Shown piece after piece: positions 20,259 through 30,364 of a DNA stretch of 64,000 nucleotides. The stretch is from Candidatus Weimeria bifida. GTDB taxonomy: Bacteria > Bacillota > Clostridia > Lachnospirales > Lachnospiraceae. Location of the stretch: positions 57,010 through 121,009 of the forward strand of contig VOGC01000009.1 of NCBI GenBank assembly GCA_009493715.1. The letters run 5' to 3'. The notes beneath the pieces are model-generated. The model was given only the letters and a program-made list of their open reading frames with translations. It ran no database searches and was not told the origin of the DNA. Numbering within the stretch: position 1 is the stretch's first letter; every line of letters begins with the position of its first letter. Made by a program: the position numbers and the translations under genes.

Positions 20259-20684
20259 ATGAACAGAGAGAACAAGCGTAGAAAATACGATAAGAATTAC
20301 TATAAGAAAAATCCCTGCACCGATTCATTTACCTGCAGGAACTGCGGCTGGCCTATAGTCTCCGCGGGAGCCGGTTCAAATCACCGCAATCACTGTCCGA
20401 ACTGCCTTTGCTCACTTCACGTAGACAATGAGCCGGGAGACAGGGCTTCAGACTGTGGAGGCATAATGGAGCCGATCGGTGTCTGGGTCAGAGGCGATGG
20501 CGAGTGGGCGATAATCCACCGCTGCAGGAGATGCGGCAAACTGTCGTCGAACAGGATCGCGGCAGATGACAATCCGATGAAACTTATGGCGCTTGCCATG
20601 AAGCCGGTGGTAAGTGATTTCCTGGACAGGGGCAGACTTAAGGAGATGCTTTCTTCAATGCAGTCTCAGGGAGATTTAATCTGA
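20259..20684 (+). CDS. RNHCP domain-containing protein
   Basis: Literal RNHCPNCLCSLHVD motif plus CRNC, CGGIMEPIGVW, HRCRRC and DDNP. Confidence 0.9.
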   Translation: MNRENKRRKYDKNYYKKNPCTDSFTCRNCGWPIVSAGAGSNHRNHCPNCLCSLHVDNEPGDRASDCGGIMEPIGVWVRGDGEWAIIHRCRRCGKLSSNRIAADDNPMKLMALAMKPVVSDFLDRGRLKEMLSSMQSQGDLI

Positions 20685-20715
20685 CAGGAGGTATCATAGG
20701 TCCTGTAAAAGATAC

Positions 20716-20744
20716 TTGCGAAACGAGGGGCGTGCAGGTATAAT
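20716..20744 (+). promoter_or_regulatory. Sigma-A promoter of the prsA-like gene
   Basis: TTGCGA-N17-TATAAT. Confidence 0.6.
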
Positions 20745-20790
20745 GTATTAGTTGTGTATCTTTACAACTAATAATTCTGGAGGTTTTTTG

Positions 20791-21846
20791 ATGAGAAGGA
20801 ATAAAGCAGCAGTCCTCGTTTCTATGGCGCTTGTCGGCACCTTTCTTTTGAGCGGCTGCGCAGCGAAATCGAGTGATACACTTATAAATATTGACAATGG
20901 CAAGGCGAAGATTACATACGGATACGGCAACTTTGTAGCCAAATACAACCAGGCCACCTACGACCAGTACTATCTGCAGTACATGGGACAGAATTACTGG
21001 AGCCAGTCGCAGGGCTCGAAGACGATGGAGGAGACTGTAAAGGACAACGTCATCGACGGTATCGAAGAGCAGTATGTCGACAAGCAGCATGCCGGCGACT
21101 ACAATGTCAAGGTTACTTCCGAAGACAAAAAGAAGATAGAAGCGGCCGCGAAGAAATTCATTTCGAAGAATTCCAGCAAGGCCATCAAGCAGATGGGTGC
21201 GACTGAGAGCTATGTCAAGGACCTGCTCGAGTACGAGACATACCAGGCCAGAGTAAGAAATGCAGTCGAGGACAAGGCCAGTGTCACAGTCACAGACGAT
21301 GAGGCCAGGCAGTCAACAATCTCCTATGTATGTTTTTCAACGGCATCGACTACAGACGCTTCCGGTAATGCGAAGACTCTGACAGAAGCTGAAAAGCAGG
21401 ATATGAAGAAGAAGGCGGAAAACGTTGCCAACGCCTCGGATTTCGATAAAGCTGCAAAGGCAGCAGGCGGCAATGTTTCGACGCACTCCTATACAACAAA
21501 TGCCAAATCTTATGACAGTGATGTTCTTGGAAAGGACGTTATTAAAGCAGCTAAGAAGCTGACTAAGGAAGGCCAGATCTCTGATGTAATCTATGTAAAG
21601 AACAGGGGATATTTCGTGCTTCGCATGGATAAGCTTACTGACGAGAAAGCCACAAAGAGCAAGAAGAAAGATCTGACTTCTGAGAAGAAGCAGAAAGTAT
21701 ACGAGAAGCTGGTAAAGAAGTGGGTCAAGCAGGCCAACTTTAAACTGGACAAGAATCTCTGGGAACAGGTCAAATTTGAGGACCTCTTCACCGCCAAGAC
21801 AAAAAATGCCAGCGGAAACGCTTCCGGAAGTTCGATTTCCAAATAA
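20791..21846 (+). CDS. prsA: PrsA/SurA-like peptidyl-prolyl isomerase lipoprotein
   Basis: Signal peptide with lipobox LLSGC; parvulin-like TISYVCFST...GYFVLRM segment; Lys-rich helical domain. Confidence 0.75.
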   Translation: MRRNKAAVLVSMALVGTFLLSGCAAKSSDTLINIDNGKAKITYGYGNFVAKYNQATYDQYYLQYMGQNYWSQSQGSKTMEETVKDNVIDGIEEQYVDKQHAGDYNVKVTSEDKKKIEAAAKKFISKNSSKAIKQMGATESYVKDLLEYETYQARVRNAVEDKASVTVTDDEARQSTISYVCFSTASTTDASGNAKTLTEAEKQDMKKKAENVANASDFDKAAKAAGGNVSTHSYTTNAKSYDSDVLGKDVIKAAKKLTKEGQISDVIYVKNRGYFVLRMDKLTDEKATKSKKKDLTSEKKQKVYEKLVKKWVKQANFKLDKNLWEQVKFEDLFTAKTKNASGNASGSSISK

Positions 21847-21856
21847 TAAAAGATAC

Positions 21857-21884
21857 GACTGCCCGCAGAGGGCAGTCTTGTTTT
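21857..21884 (+). terminator. Intrinsic terminator after prsA
   Basis: gactgccc-gcaga-gggcagtc then a T-rich tract. Confidence 0.65.
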
Positions 21885-21915
21885 AGCTATAAAGAATTTT
21901 TTAAGAGGATCTATT

Positions 21916-23649
21916 ATGAGATTTGCAGCTCACTATCTCGGTGATTACAAAAAAGAGTCACTTCTCGCGCCGGTATTTAAAATGCTTGAGGCCATCTTCG
22001 AGCTTTTAGTCCCGCTTGTAATGGCAAAGATCATTGACGTCGGAATCGCAAATAAGGACGCAGGTTATATTTTAAAGATGTGCGGTGTCCTGATAATTTT
22101 TGCAGTAGTAGGGCTTGTTGTAGCTATTATTGCCCAGTATTTCAGTGCGAAGGCTGCGATAAATGCAGCCGGAAAAATAAGAGAGGACGTATTTTTCCAT
22201 ATAATGAAGTTCTCGAGGGGCTCACTCGAGAAGGCAGGAACCGCATCGCTTGTGACGAGAATTACAAACGATGTAAACCAGGTGCAGAATGGAATGAATA
22301 TGTTCCTCCGTCTTTTCCTGAGGTCGCCTTTCATCGTATTCGGTGCGATGATCATGTCATTTACAGTCGATGTGAAGGCTGCTCTTGTCTTCTGCGTAGT
22401 CATCCCTCTGCTGGGACTAATCGTATATCTCGTGATGAGGGCTACGCTTCCAAAGTTTAAAAGGATACAGGAGGGACTTGAGAAGATCCTTCTGACAGTA
22501 AATGAAAACCTCGAGGGTGTAAGAGTCATCAGGGCTTTCAGAGTAGAGGATAAACAGGACAGGAGGTTCAAGGACGAGACAGCAGACCTCTATGGAAGAC
22601 AGATCTCGACAGGAAGGCTCTCGGCACTCTTAAATCCTGCAACTTACGCAGTTATTAATCTTGGAATCGCATCGATCCTCTGGATCAGCGGAGCGCGCGT
22701 AAATGCCGGAATCCTGACACAGGGTGAGACAGTAGCACTCGTAAACTACATGTCGCAGATTCTGATCGAGCTTATTAAGCTTGCAAACCTGATCATCCTC
22801 CTTACGAGAGCGCTTTCTTCCTGCGGAAGACTTCAGGAGATCCTCGAGATGAATCCGGACGAGAGAGTTCATGAGGAGGCCGCCGCAAAGGAATCAGATG
22901 ATACAGCGATCGAGTTCAAGAACCTCTCATTTACATATCCGGGAAGCCGTGACAGCTCGCTTTCAGATATCAATGTAAGCATCAAAAAGGGACAGAGCCT
23001 CGGAATCATTGGAGGCACTGGTTCAGGCAAGAGCTCTCTCGTAAGGCTTCTGCGCCACGCCTACGATCCGACATCAGGAGAGCTGCTGCTGTTCGGAAAT
23101 GACATTAAGACATACTCGGATGAAGAGCTTGTAAAAATGATCGGACACGTTCCGCAGAAAGCAAATCTTTTTACAGGAACGATAAGCTACAACTTAAGGC
23201 TCGCAAAGCCAGACGCCAGTGAGCAGGAGATGTGGGACGCCCTTGAAGCTGCCCAGGCGAAAGAGATAGTAGAAAATAAGGAGAAAAAACTCGAGGAGCC
23301 GGTATTAAGAGGCGGCACGAATTTTTCAGGTGGACAGAAGCAGAGACTTACGATAGCGAGAGCCCTTATCAAGAAACCACAGATCCTTATCTTAGATGAT
23401 TCGGCATCAGCTCTTGATATGCTGACCGAGCGCCATCTTCACGAGGCGATTTTAAAGCTGCCGTGGCATCCGACATCAGTTATCATCTCGCAGCGTGCAT
23501 CGTCTGTTATGACCTGCGACCAGATCCTCGTGCTCGAGGGCGGAAAGCCGGTCGGACTTGGAACGAGCGATGAGCTACTTAAGACCTGCCCGATCTACAA
23601 AGAGATTTACACGACTCAGTTTGAATACAAGGAGGAGGGCAGATCATGA
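21916..23649 (+). CDS. ABC exporter, fused TMD-NBD (heterodimer subunit with degenerate Walker B)
   Basis: Six-TM N-terminus, GGTGSGKS, FSGGQKQR, ILILDDSASALD. Confidence 0.93.
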   Translation: MRFAAHYLGDYKKESLLAPVFKMLEAIFELLVPLVMAKIIDVGIANKDAGYILKMCGVLIIFAVVGLVVAIIAQYFSAKAAINAAGKIREDVFFHIMKFSRGSLEKAGTASLVTRITNDVNQVQNGMNMFLRLFLRSPFIVFGAMIMSFTVDVKAALVFCVVIPLLGLIVYLVMRATLPKFKRIQEGLEKILLTVNENLEGVRVIRAFRVEDKQDRRFKDETADLYGRQISTGRLSALLNPATYAVINLGIASILWISGARVNAGILTQGETVALVNYMSQILIELIKLANLIILLTRALSSCGRLQEILEMNPDERVHEEAAAKESDDTAIEFKNLSFTYPGSRDSSLSDINVSIKKGQSLGIIGGTGSGKSSLVRLLRHAYDPTSGELLLFGNDIKTYSDEELVKMIGHVPQKANLFTGTISYNLRLAKPDASEQEMWDALEAAQAKEIVENKEKKLEEPVLRGGTNFSGGQKQRLTIARALIKKPQILILDDSASALDMLTERHLHEAILKLPWHPTSVIISQRASSVMTCDQILVLEGGKPVGLGTSDELLKTCPIYKEIYTTQFEYKEEGRS

Positions 23650-25373
23650 AAAAAGATTCGACAATGAAGAGAGTTTTAAAGCTTTTGAAGCCATATACAG
23701 GATTTATTATTTTATCGCTGATATTTGCGCTTGGTACTGTTATTTCGACTCTGATGATTCCGGTACTCGAAGGAAGAGCCGTAGACCACATCATTGGAAA
23801 AGGAAAGGTGGACTTTTCCGGTCTTCTCTTTGTCTTAAAGGAGATAGCAGCCGTGGCAGCCGTCACATTTTTCTGCCAGCTGTTTATGAACCTGATAAAT
23901 AACCACATCACCTATTCGGTGGCTAAGACCCTGAGGCAGAGAGCGTTTGAGAGGCTCCTGCGCGTCCCTGTAAAAGTGATCGACAGCGAGAGCCATGGCG
24001 ATATCGCAAGCCGGATAGTAACGGATGCGGACTCGTTTACAGACGGACTCCTGCTTGGGTTTACACAGCTCTTTACAGGAATCATGACGATAGCAGGAAC
24101 TATCATTTTCATGATAAGGATCCGCTTTACGATAGCCCTTATCGTTATCGCAGCTACCCCGGTATCGCTTCTTATTGCAAAATTTATTTCAGGCAGAACG
24201 TACAGATACTTCACTCAGCAGTCGAAGGACAGGGGCGATTTGACAGAGTACATCGATGAGAGAATTTCGCTTGAGGATCTGGTGAGTCAGCTCGGAGCCG
24301 GAGAATTATCGAAAGAGGAATTTGTAAAAAAGAACAATAAGCTTACGGATTCTGCCACGAAGGCAACGTTTTACTCATCTCTCACGAACCCTTCTACAAG
24401 ATTTGTAAACGCGGTCATATATGCTGTAGTCGGAGTAGTCGGAGCATTTTTGGCAGTGGCCGGAAGCATTTCGGTCGGTGAACTTACAAGCTTCCTCGGT
24501 TACGCCAGAGAGTATGCCCGCCCGTTCAACGAGATCACCGGCGTCATCACAGAGATGCAGAACGCCATGGCCTGCGCTGCCAGGATCTTCGAGATAATCG
24601 ATCAGGATCAGGTCGAGGACTGTGACGGTGAGTTCGACGGAGAGGTAAAGGGCGCCGTAGACATGGAACACGTCGATTTTTCGTATGTTCCTGAGAAGCC
24701 GCTTATTACAGATTTAAATGTCAAGGTAAATCCTGGTGAGAAAGTCGCTATCGTTGGTCCTACCGGAGCCGGAAAGACCACACTTATTAACCTTCTGATG
24801 CGCTTCTACGATGTAAATGCCGGCTCTGTAAAAGTCGATGGCAGAGACATAAGGACGGTAAGCAGAAATGCACTGCGCAGCCGCTTTGGTATGGTGCTGC
24901 AGGAGACATTCCTGTTTTCAGGCACTATAAGAGACAACCTTACTCTTGGAAAACCGGATGCTACGGACGAGGAGATCATAGAGGCTTCGAAAGCCGCCCA
25001 TGCTCACGAATTTATCAGGAAACTTCCTGACGGCTATGACACAGTCCTCTCGCCTTCGGGGACACTCAGCCAGGGCCAGAAACAGCTTCTGTGTATTGCA
25101 AGGCTTATGCTTGCGCTTCCGCCGATGCTGATACTTGACGAGGCAACGTCATCTATCGATACGAGAACCGAGATGAAGATTCAGGACGCATTCAACAAGA
25201 TGATGAAGGGGAGGACGACTTTCGTCGTTGCCCACCGTCTGCAGACCATCCGCGATGCGGACATGATTTTGTACATGGAGAATGGCCATGTTTTAGAGCA
25301 GGGCAATCACAAGGAGCTTCTTGCAAAAAATGGATACTATGCAAAATTGTACAGGTCGCAGTTTATGTCTTGA
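23646..25373 (+). CDS. ABC exporter, fused TMD-NBD (heterodimer partner)
   Basis: GPTGAGKT, LSQGQKQL, LILDEATSSID; ATGA overlap with the upstream gene. Confidence 0.93.
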   Translation: MKKDSTMKRVLKLLKPYTGFIILSLIFALGTVISTLMIPVLEGRAVDHIIGKGKVDFSGLLFVLKEIAAVAAVTFFCQLFMNLINNHITYSVAKTLRQRAFERLLRVPVKVIDSESHGDIASRIVTDADSFTDGLLLGFTQLFTGIMTIAGTIIFMIRIRFTIALIVIAATPVSLLIAKFISGRTYRYFTQQSKDRGDLTEYIDERISLEDLVSQLGAGELSKEEFVKKNNKLTDSATKATFYSSLTNPSTRFVNAVIYAVVGVVGAFLAVAGSISVGELTSFLGYAREYARPFNEITGVITEMQNAMACAARIFEIIDQDQVEDCDGEFDGEVKGAVDMEHVDFSYVPEKPLITDLNVKVNPGEKVAIVGPTGAGKTTLINLLMRFYDVNAGSVKVDGRDIRTVSRNALRSRFGMVLQETFLFSGTIRDNLTLGKPDATDEEIIEASKAAHAHEFIRKLPDGYDTVLSPSGTLSQGQKQLLCIARLMLALPPMLILDEATSSIDTRTEMKIQDAFNKMMKGRTTFVVAHRLQTIRDADMILYMENGHVLEQGNHKELLAKNGYYAKLYRSQFMS

Positions 25374-25455
25374 CTTTTTTTCGATTCTATATAAAATATA
25401 TACGGATATTGAGAATAACTTTACAAAATTGTTACACATGTAAGGATAGGTAATT

Positions 25456-26751
25456 ATGGAACAGTACGTGATGAAAGGCGGTACGCCGCTGATCGGGTCC
25501 GTAAATATATCAGGGGCGAAGAATGCGGCGCTGGCTATTGTGGCAGCTGCCGTCATGTCTGACGAGGATGTGTATATCACAAACCTGCCGGATGTGAACG
25601 ACATTCATGTGATGCTCGAAGCTATAAAAGAGATTGGGGCGAAAGTCGTCAGGCCGGACAGGCATTCTGCGATTATTAACGGGTCAACTATCGACAATCT
25701 CGTAGTAGACTATGAGTTTATCAAGAAAATCCGCGCTTCATACTATCTGCTTGGTTCGCTTCTCGGCAAGTACAAGCAGGCTGAGGTCGCACTTCCGGGA
25801 GGATGTGACATCGGTGCGAGACCTATGGATCTGCACACCAAGGGATTCAAGGCACTCGGAGCTACAGTCGATGAGGGCTACGGGCTTATCTCTGCCAAGG
25901 CGGACAGACTCGTCGGAACGCACATCTACCTCGATAAGGTTTCTGTCGGCGCCACTATAAATATCATGATGGCAGCCGTTATGGCTGAGGGCAGGACCAG
26001 CATTGAGAATGCAGCCAAGGAGCCGCACGTCGTAGATGTTGCGAATTTCCTGAACAGCATGGGGGCCGAGATCAAGGGCGCCGGAACTGACCTGATCAGG
26101 ATAAATGGCGTAGACCATCTGCACGGAACAGAGTACTCTGTTATCCCTGACCAGATAGAGGCCGGTACTTTTATGTATGCTGCAGCAGCTACGCACGGAG
26201 AGATTACCGTAATGAACGTCATACCGAAGCACCTGGAGGCTACGACTGCGAAGCTTCTCGAAGCCGGATGCCGGATTGCAGAGGGAGATGATCTGGTGAC
26301 CGTTTCGGCGAAGGATATAGAGCTCCAGCCGACTCAGGTTACGACACTTCCTTATCCGGGATTTCCGACTGATATGCAGCCTCAGATGACAGTCGTTTTA
26401 GGACTTGCCAATGGAGTAAGCACTGTTACTGAAAGTATTTTTGAGAACAGATTTAAATATGTCGCAGAGCTAAACCGCATGGGCGCGAAGGTAAAGGTCG
26501 AGAGCAACATTGCGATAATCACCGGAGTCGATCACTACACCGGCGCCAGAGTCGATGCACCGGATTTAAGAGCCGGAGCAGCTCTTGTCATTGCAGGACT
26601 TGCAGCAGATGGTTTGACTACTGTAGACGATATCAAGTATATTCAGCGAGGCTATGAGGATTTCACAGAGAAGCTCCGCGGAGTTGGCGCATCGATTGAG
26701 AAAGTTGACGACGAGCGCGCATTAAAGAAGTTTGTTTTTCAGGTGTCATAA
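25456..26751 (+). CDS. murA: UDP-N-acetylglucosamine 1-carboxyvinyltransferase
   Basis: SGAKNA, LPGGCDIGARP (catalytic Cys present), PGFPTDMQ and DLRAGAAL. Confidence 0.97.
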   Translation: MEQYVMKGGTPLIGSVNISGAKNAALAIVAAAVMSDEDVYITNLPDVNDIHVMLEAIKEIGAKVVRPDRHSAIINGSTIDNLVVDYEFIKKIRASYYLLGSLLGKYKQAEVALPGGCDIGARPMDLHTKGFKALGATVDEGYGLISAKADRLVGTHIYLDKVSVGATINIMMAAVMAEGRTSIENAAKEPHVVDVANFLNSMGAEIKGAGTDLIRINGVDHLHGTEYSVIPDQIEAGTFMYAAAATHGEITVMNVIPKHLEATTAKLLEAGCRIAEGDDLVTVSAKDIELQPTQVTTLPYPGFPTDMQPQMTVVLGLANGVSTVTESIFENRFKYVAELNRMGAKVKVESNIAIITGVDHYTGARVDAPDLRAGAALVIAGLAADGLTTVDDIKYIQRGYEDFTEKLRGVGASIEKVDDERALKKFVFQVS

Positions 26752-26753
26752 AA

Positions 26754-27941
26754 ATGAGAATACTGTTTCTACGTTGGAACTGCTTCAATAGAGAATCGAC
26801 GGTAGAGGCGATGAAAAAGCAGGGCCATCAAGTCCTGCCTTTTTTTCACCGCGATTACAATCAGCTCGAGTCCGATGATTTCAAGGAATCATTTGCAGAT
26901 TTTGCAGAAGAAAATAAACCGGATATAACATTTTCCTACAACTATTTCCCGATTGTGGCAGAGTGCTGCCATGACCTGGGGCTTCCATATGTATCAGTTG
27001 TTTATGACAATCCGGCTGTCTATGTCTACTCGTATACGCTGATGTATCCGACGAACCACGTCTATATTTTCGACTCGCAGTGGGTAAGTGAATTCAATGC
27101 CGGAGGACTTAATAACGTACACTACATTACGCTTCCTGCTGATACCAGCCGGATGGACATGATAAAAAAGGACCACGAGAAAAAACACGCCTGTGATATC
27201 TCGTTTGTAGGTGCCTTATATAATGAGAGGCACAATTTTTACGAGAGGATGGAAGAAAACCTTCCGGAGTATATGAGGGGATATCTCGAGGGGCTTATGG
27301 ATGCGCAGTCCCTCGTGTATGGATCTGATATCATTAAGCCTGCCTTGAATGGAGAAGTCATTGCTGCCTTAAGGAAGGCCTTACCGGTATTCCCGGACAA
27401 GCTCTCGGTAGAGCCGGACAACTACAGATTCTTAAAATATGTGATCGGGAGAAAACAGACGAGTCGTGAGAGGATAAAGTATCTGACTGCAATCGGGAAA
27501 GACCACAGGGTCGATCTCTACACTTTAGATGATACGGCTGAGATACCGGGAGTAATTAATCACGGAGTCGCGGACTACGACTACGACATGCCGCTGGTAT
27601 TCGCCCAGAGCAGAATTAATCTGAATATTACTCTAAGGAGCATTGATACCGGAATCCCGCAGCGCTGCATGGATATCATGAGCTGTGGTGGATTTCTTCT
27701 GACAAATTATCAGGCTGATTTTTCACTCGATACGGTAAGCAGTGACGGCTCAGCAGCATTTGTGCCGGGGGTCGATTACGACTTTTACTCGAGTACTGAT
27801 GAGCTGATTGAAAAGGTCGATTACTATTTAAGTCACGAAGAAGAGAGGGCGCAGATTGCTGAGAATGGATTTAAGAAAGTAAAGAAGTACTATTCGATCG
27901 ATTCATTCCTGCACCGGATCCTCGATGAATTTTTAAAATGA
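26754..27941 (+). CDS. CgeB/DUF3880-like glycosyltransferase (copy 1)
   Basis: FSYNYFP, ISFVGALY, SRINLNITLRSIDTGIPQRCMDIMSCGGFLLTNYQ. Confidence 0.82.
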   Translation: MRILFLRWNCFNRESTVEAMKKQGHQVLPFFHRDYNQLESDDFKESFADFAEENKPDITFSYNYFPIVAECCHDLGLPYVSVVYDNPAVYVYSYTLMYPTNHVYIFDSQWVSEFNAGGLNNVHYITLPADTSRMDMIKKDHEKKHACDISFVGALYNERHNFYERMEENLPEYMRGYLEGLMDAQSLVYGSDIIKPALNGEVIAALRKALPVFPDKLSVEPDNYRFLKYVIGRKQTSRERIKYLTAIGKDHRVDLYTLDDTAEIPGVINHGVADYDYDMPLVFAQSRINLNITLRSIDTGIPQRCMDIMSCGGFLLTNYQADFSLDTVSSDGSAAFVPGVDYDFYSSTDELIEKVDYYLSHEEERAQIAENGFKKVKKYYSIDSFLHRILDEFLK

Positions 27942-29114
27942 AAAAGCGGTGTACAAGAGCTTCTGCATGATGGTCTCGTAGGTGTAATTGTTTTTTGTTT
28001 TCTCAAAGCCGGCGTACGCGATCTCACGGCGCCGCTCATCGTGTTCGAGGTAGTAGGCGCAGAGGCCGCGCAGCTCGTCAAGGCTTTCATACATGACGAT
28101 CTCCTCACCTGGAACGAAGAGTTCAGGGATCTCTTCCTGATAGTTTGAGATGCAGAATCCACCGCAGGATGTGATATCAAAAATCCTCTGAGGAAGCCCG
28201 GTACGGATCGTCTTCGAGGTCGTATTTATATTTATTTTGGATTCATGAAAAATGATCGGCATCTCTTCAAGGGATTTCGCGAGTCCGAGATTGTGAATCT
28301 TTGGCATCCCCGAGGTATCAGACCCAGTATAGATCGATGTGTCGAAGTGTTCTGAGAGCATTTTGAAAGTGTCGTCACGCTCTATCGCAGTGACAGCGTT
28401 TCCGAGGTACTCCTGTGCGACTGTCCGCTTATCTGTAAGAAAACTTCCTTCCGGAGCATATGGAAAATTCGGAAGAGCGTTTTTTATCTCCTTTGTGATC
28501 TCATCGGTCAGAAGATCTTCGATGAAAAAATATCCATAGACTGACTCCTGTGCTTTTAAAATTCCGTCGATATATCCGGCGGTGTGCATAGAGAGGCCTT
28601 TCGCACTCAGATGGTATGGATCCTTTTCGGAGTAGAGACTTCCGACGAACGCTATCTCGTGAGAAAATCTCTGCTTCTGTTCTTCGGAAGCGGAGTCTAT
28701 GACCTGCATCCTGCGCTTTACTGAACCGGCGAGCGGCAGATGAAAGACACAGTCGGGATTCAGTGGATGGATCTCGTTGTAGACAGCCCGGTCGAAGATA
28801 AAAGTCCTGTTGTATTTGTTTGTGATAGGACGGGTGTAGAGCTCGAGCACCGGCGCATCGACTACCCACGAGATATACCTCAGATGGTAGATATTCGCGA
28901 GCTCCGAGACATACGGGAAGAAATTGATCGAAAAGAGAAAGTCACACGGGTGCTTTTCAACGAACTCGTTTAATAGCTTAAGGGATGTGGAAGGATAGTC
29001 GTTCTTCACAGTGACTTCGCGGCTGTACTCTATGACTTCAATCCCGAATTCCTTGAATGTGGCTATGATGTCGGGCTCATTCAGGCTTCCATAGCGAACG
29101 AATATGACTTTCAT
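27933..29114 (-). CDS. CgeB/DUF3880-like glycosyltransferase (copy 2, opposite strand)
   Basis: FSINFFP, IAFVGSLY, SKININTTSKTIRTGLPQRIFDITSCGGFCISNYQ; RBS AGGAGG. Confidence 0.82.
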   Translation of the reverse strand: MKVIFVRYGSLNEPDIIATFKEFGIEVIEYSREVTVKNDYPSTSLKLLNEFVEKHPCDFLFSINFFPYVSELANIYHLRYISWVVDAPVLELYTRPITNKYNRTFIFDRAVYNEIHPLNPDCVFHLPLAGSVKRRMQVIDSASEEQKQRFSHEIAFVGSLYSEKDPYHLSAKGLSMHTAGYIDGILKAQESVYGYFFIEDLLTDEITKEIKNALPNFPYAPEGSFLTDKRTVAQEYLGNAVTAIERDDTFKMLSEHFDTSIYTGSDTSGMPKIHNLGLAKSLEEMPIIFHESKININTTSKTIRTGLPQRIFDITSCGGFCISNYQEEIPELFVPGEEIVMYESLDELRGLCAYYLEHDERRREIAYAGFEKTKNNYTYETIMQKLLYTAFSF

Positions 29115-29161
29115 ATGATTCCTCCTGTAAATAAATTCATTATATACTTAAAGAGCAGAAA

Positions 29162-30364
29162 ATGAAAATAAATTCTACAAAAAAGATCCTGGTCTACCGC
29201 TGGAAAGCCTATAACTACGACGACGTGATAGCCGCGTTCGAGAGAGCGGGCTGCGAAGTAAAGTGCATTGCCCAGAAACTCTTGAACTACGAGGTGAATG
29301 ACGACTTCGCTGCGGTTTTTGAAAAAGAGCTGGCGTCTGATAATTATGAATTCGTCTTTTCGATAAACTACTTTCCTGTCATCTCAGACATCTGCCAGAA
29401 AAATGGCATCGAATACGTCTCGTACAGCTGTGACAGCCCGCTGATTTCAATGTACCATGAGTCGGTATTCAACCAAGTAAACAGGATCTTTCTCTTCGAT
29501 GCTTTGGCTGTGGCCAATTTCAGGGCGATCGGTGCATCTCATGTCAGGTATCTTCCGCTCGGAGTCGACACTGCGCGTCTCGACAGGCTCTTCACATTCA
29601 GCTCTCCATTTAAGGAGGAGACTGAAAGGCTGCTCGAGCGCTCCCTTACTTTTGTAGGAAGCCTCTATGAAAAAAATTCCTATGATAAAATATCAGATAA
29701 GCTTCCGGAGTATCTGCGTGGCTACTTTGACGCTGCAATGCAGCTTGAAAGCGCACGATTCGGGACTGAGCATTTTTTCGATGAGATAATGACGCCTGAA
29801 ATCAGTGAAGAGCTTTTGGAGTGCGTAGATTTCGAAAAATCAGACCGCTCATTTTCAGACCTTCCGTTTGTCTTCTCAGTAACCTCACTCGGCTTCAAGT
29901 GCGCGCAGATCCAGCGGAAGCGGGCTCTTACTGACCTTTCAAAAAAGCACAGCGTCTGTCTTTTTACCGAGAGCGATACCTCTGATATTTTTTCTGTAAA
30001 AAATATGGGTGGAGTCGACTACAGGCTTATAATGCCATGGGTTTTCAGGAAATCGGCGATAAGCCTCAATTTTACTATTTCAAATATAAAGACAGGGATT
30101 CCACTTCGGGTCTGGGATGTGCTTGGTGCCAGGGGATTTCTTTTTACGAACCATCAGAAGGAACTCGATATTTATTTTAAGGATGGAGAAGATCTGGTCT
30201 GGTTTGACAGCGAAGAGGAGCTGATCGAGAAAGCGGACTTCTATCTTGATGAAAAAAATGCCTCCCTGCGGGATAAGATCTCGCAGAGAGGTTATGAAAA
30301 AGTCTCCACTTACCATACTTTCGATAACAGGATATCACAGCTTCTCGTCGATAAGGAGTCCTGA
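29162..30364 (+). CDS. CgeB/DUF3880-like glycosyltransferase (copy 3)
   Basis: FSINYFP, LTFVGSLY, SAISLNFTISNIKTGIPLRVWDVLGARGFLFTNHQ. Confidence 0.82.
   Translation: MKINSTKKILVYRWKAYNYDDVIAAFERAGCEVKCIAQKLLNYEVNDDFAAVFEKELASDNYEFVFSINYFPVISDICQKNGIEYVSYSCDSPLISMYHESVFNQVNRIFLFDALAVANFRAIGASHVRYLPLGVDTARLDRLFTFSSPFKEETERLLERSLTFVGSLYEKNSYDKISDKLPEYLRGYFDAAMQLESARFGTEHFFDEIMTPEISEELLECVDFEKSDRSFSDLPFVFSVTSLGFKCAQIQRKRALTDLSKKHSVCLFTESDTSDIFSVKNMGGVDYRLIMPWVFRKSAISLNFTISNIKTGIPLRVWDVLGARGFLFTNHQKELDIYFKDGEDLVWFDSEEELIEKADFYLDEKNASLRDKISQRGYEKVSTYHTFDNRISQLLVDKES

Noticed and set aside
27925-29140. ATGAATTT/AAATTCAT inverted pair flanking the reversed middle glycosyltransferase (possible inversion; would even fuse GT1 and GT2 in frame)
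   Set aside because: Only 8 bp of AT-rich identity, expected by chance, and no recombinase is nearby.
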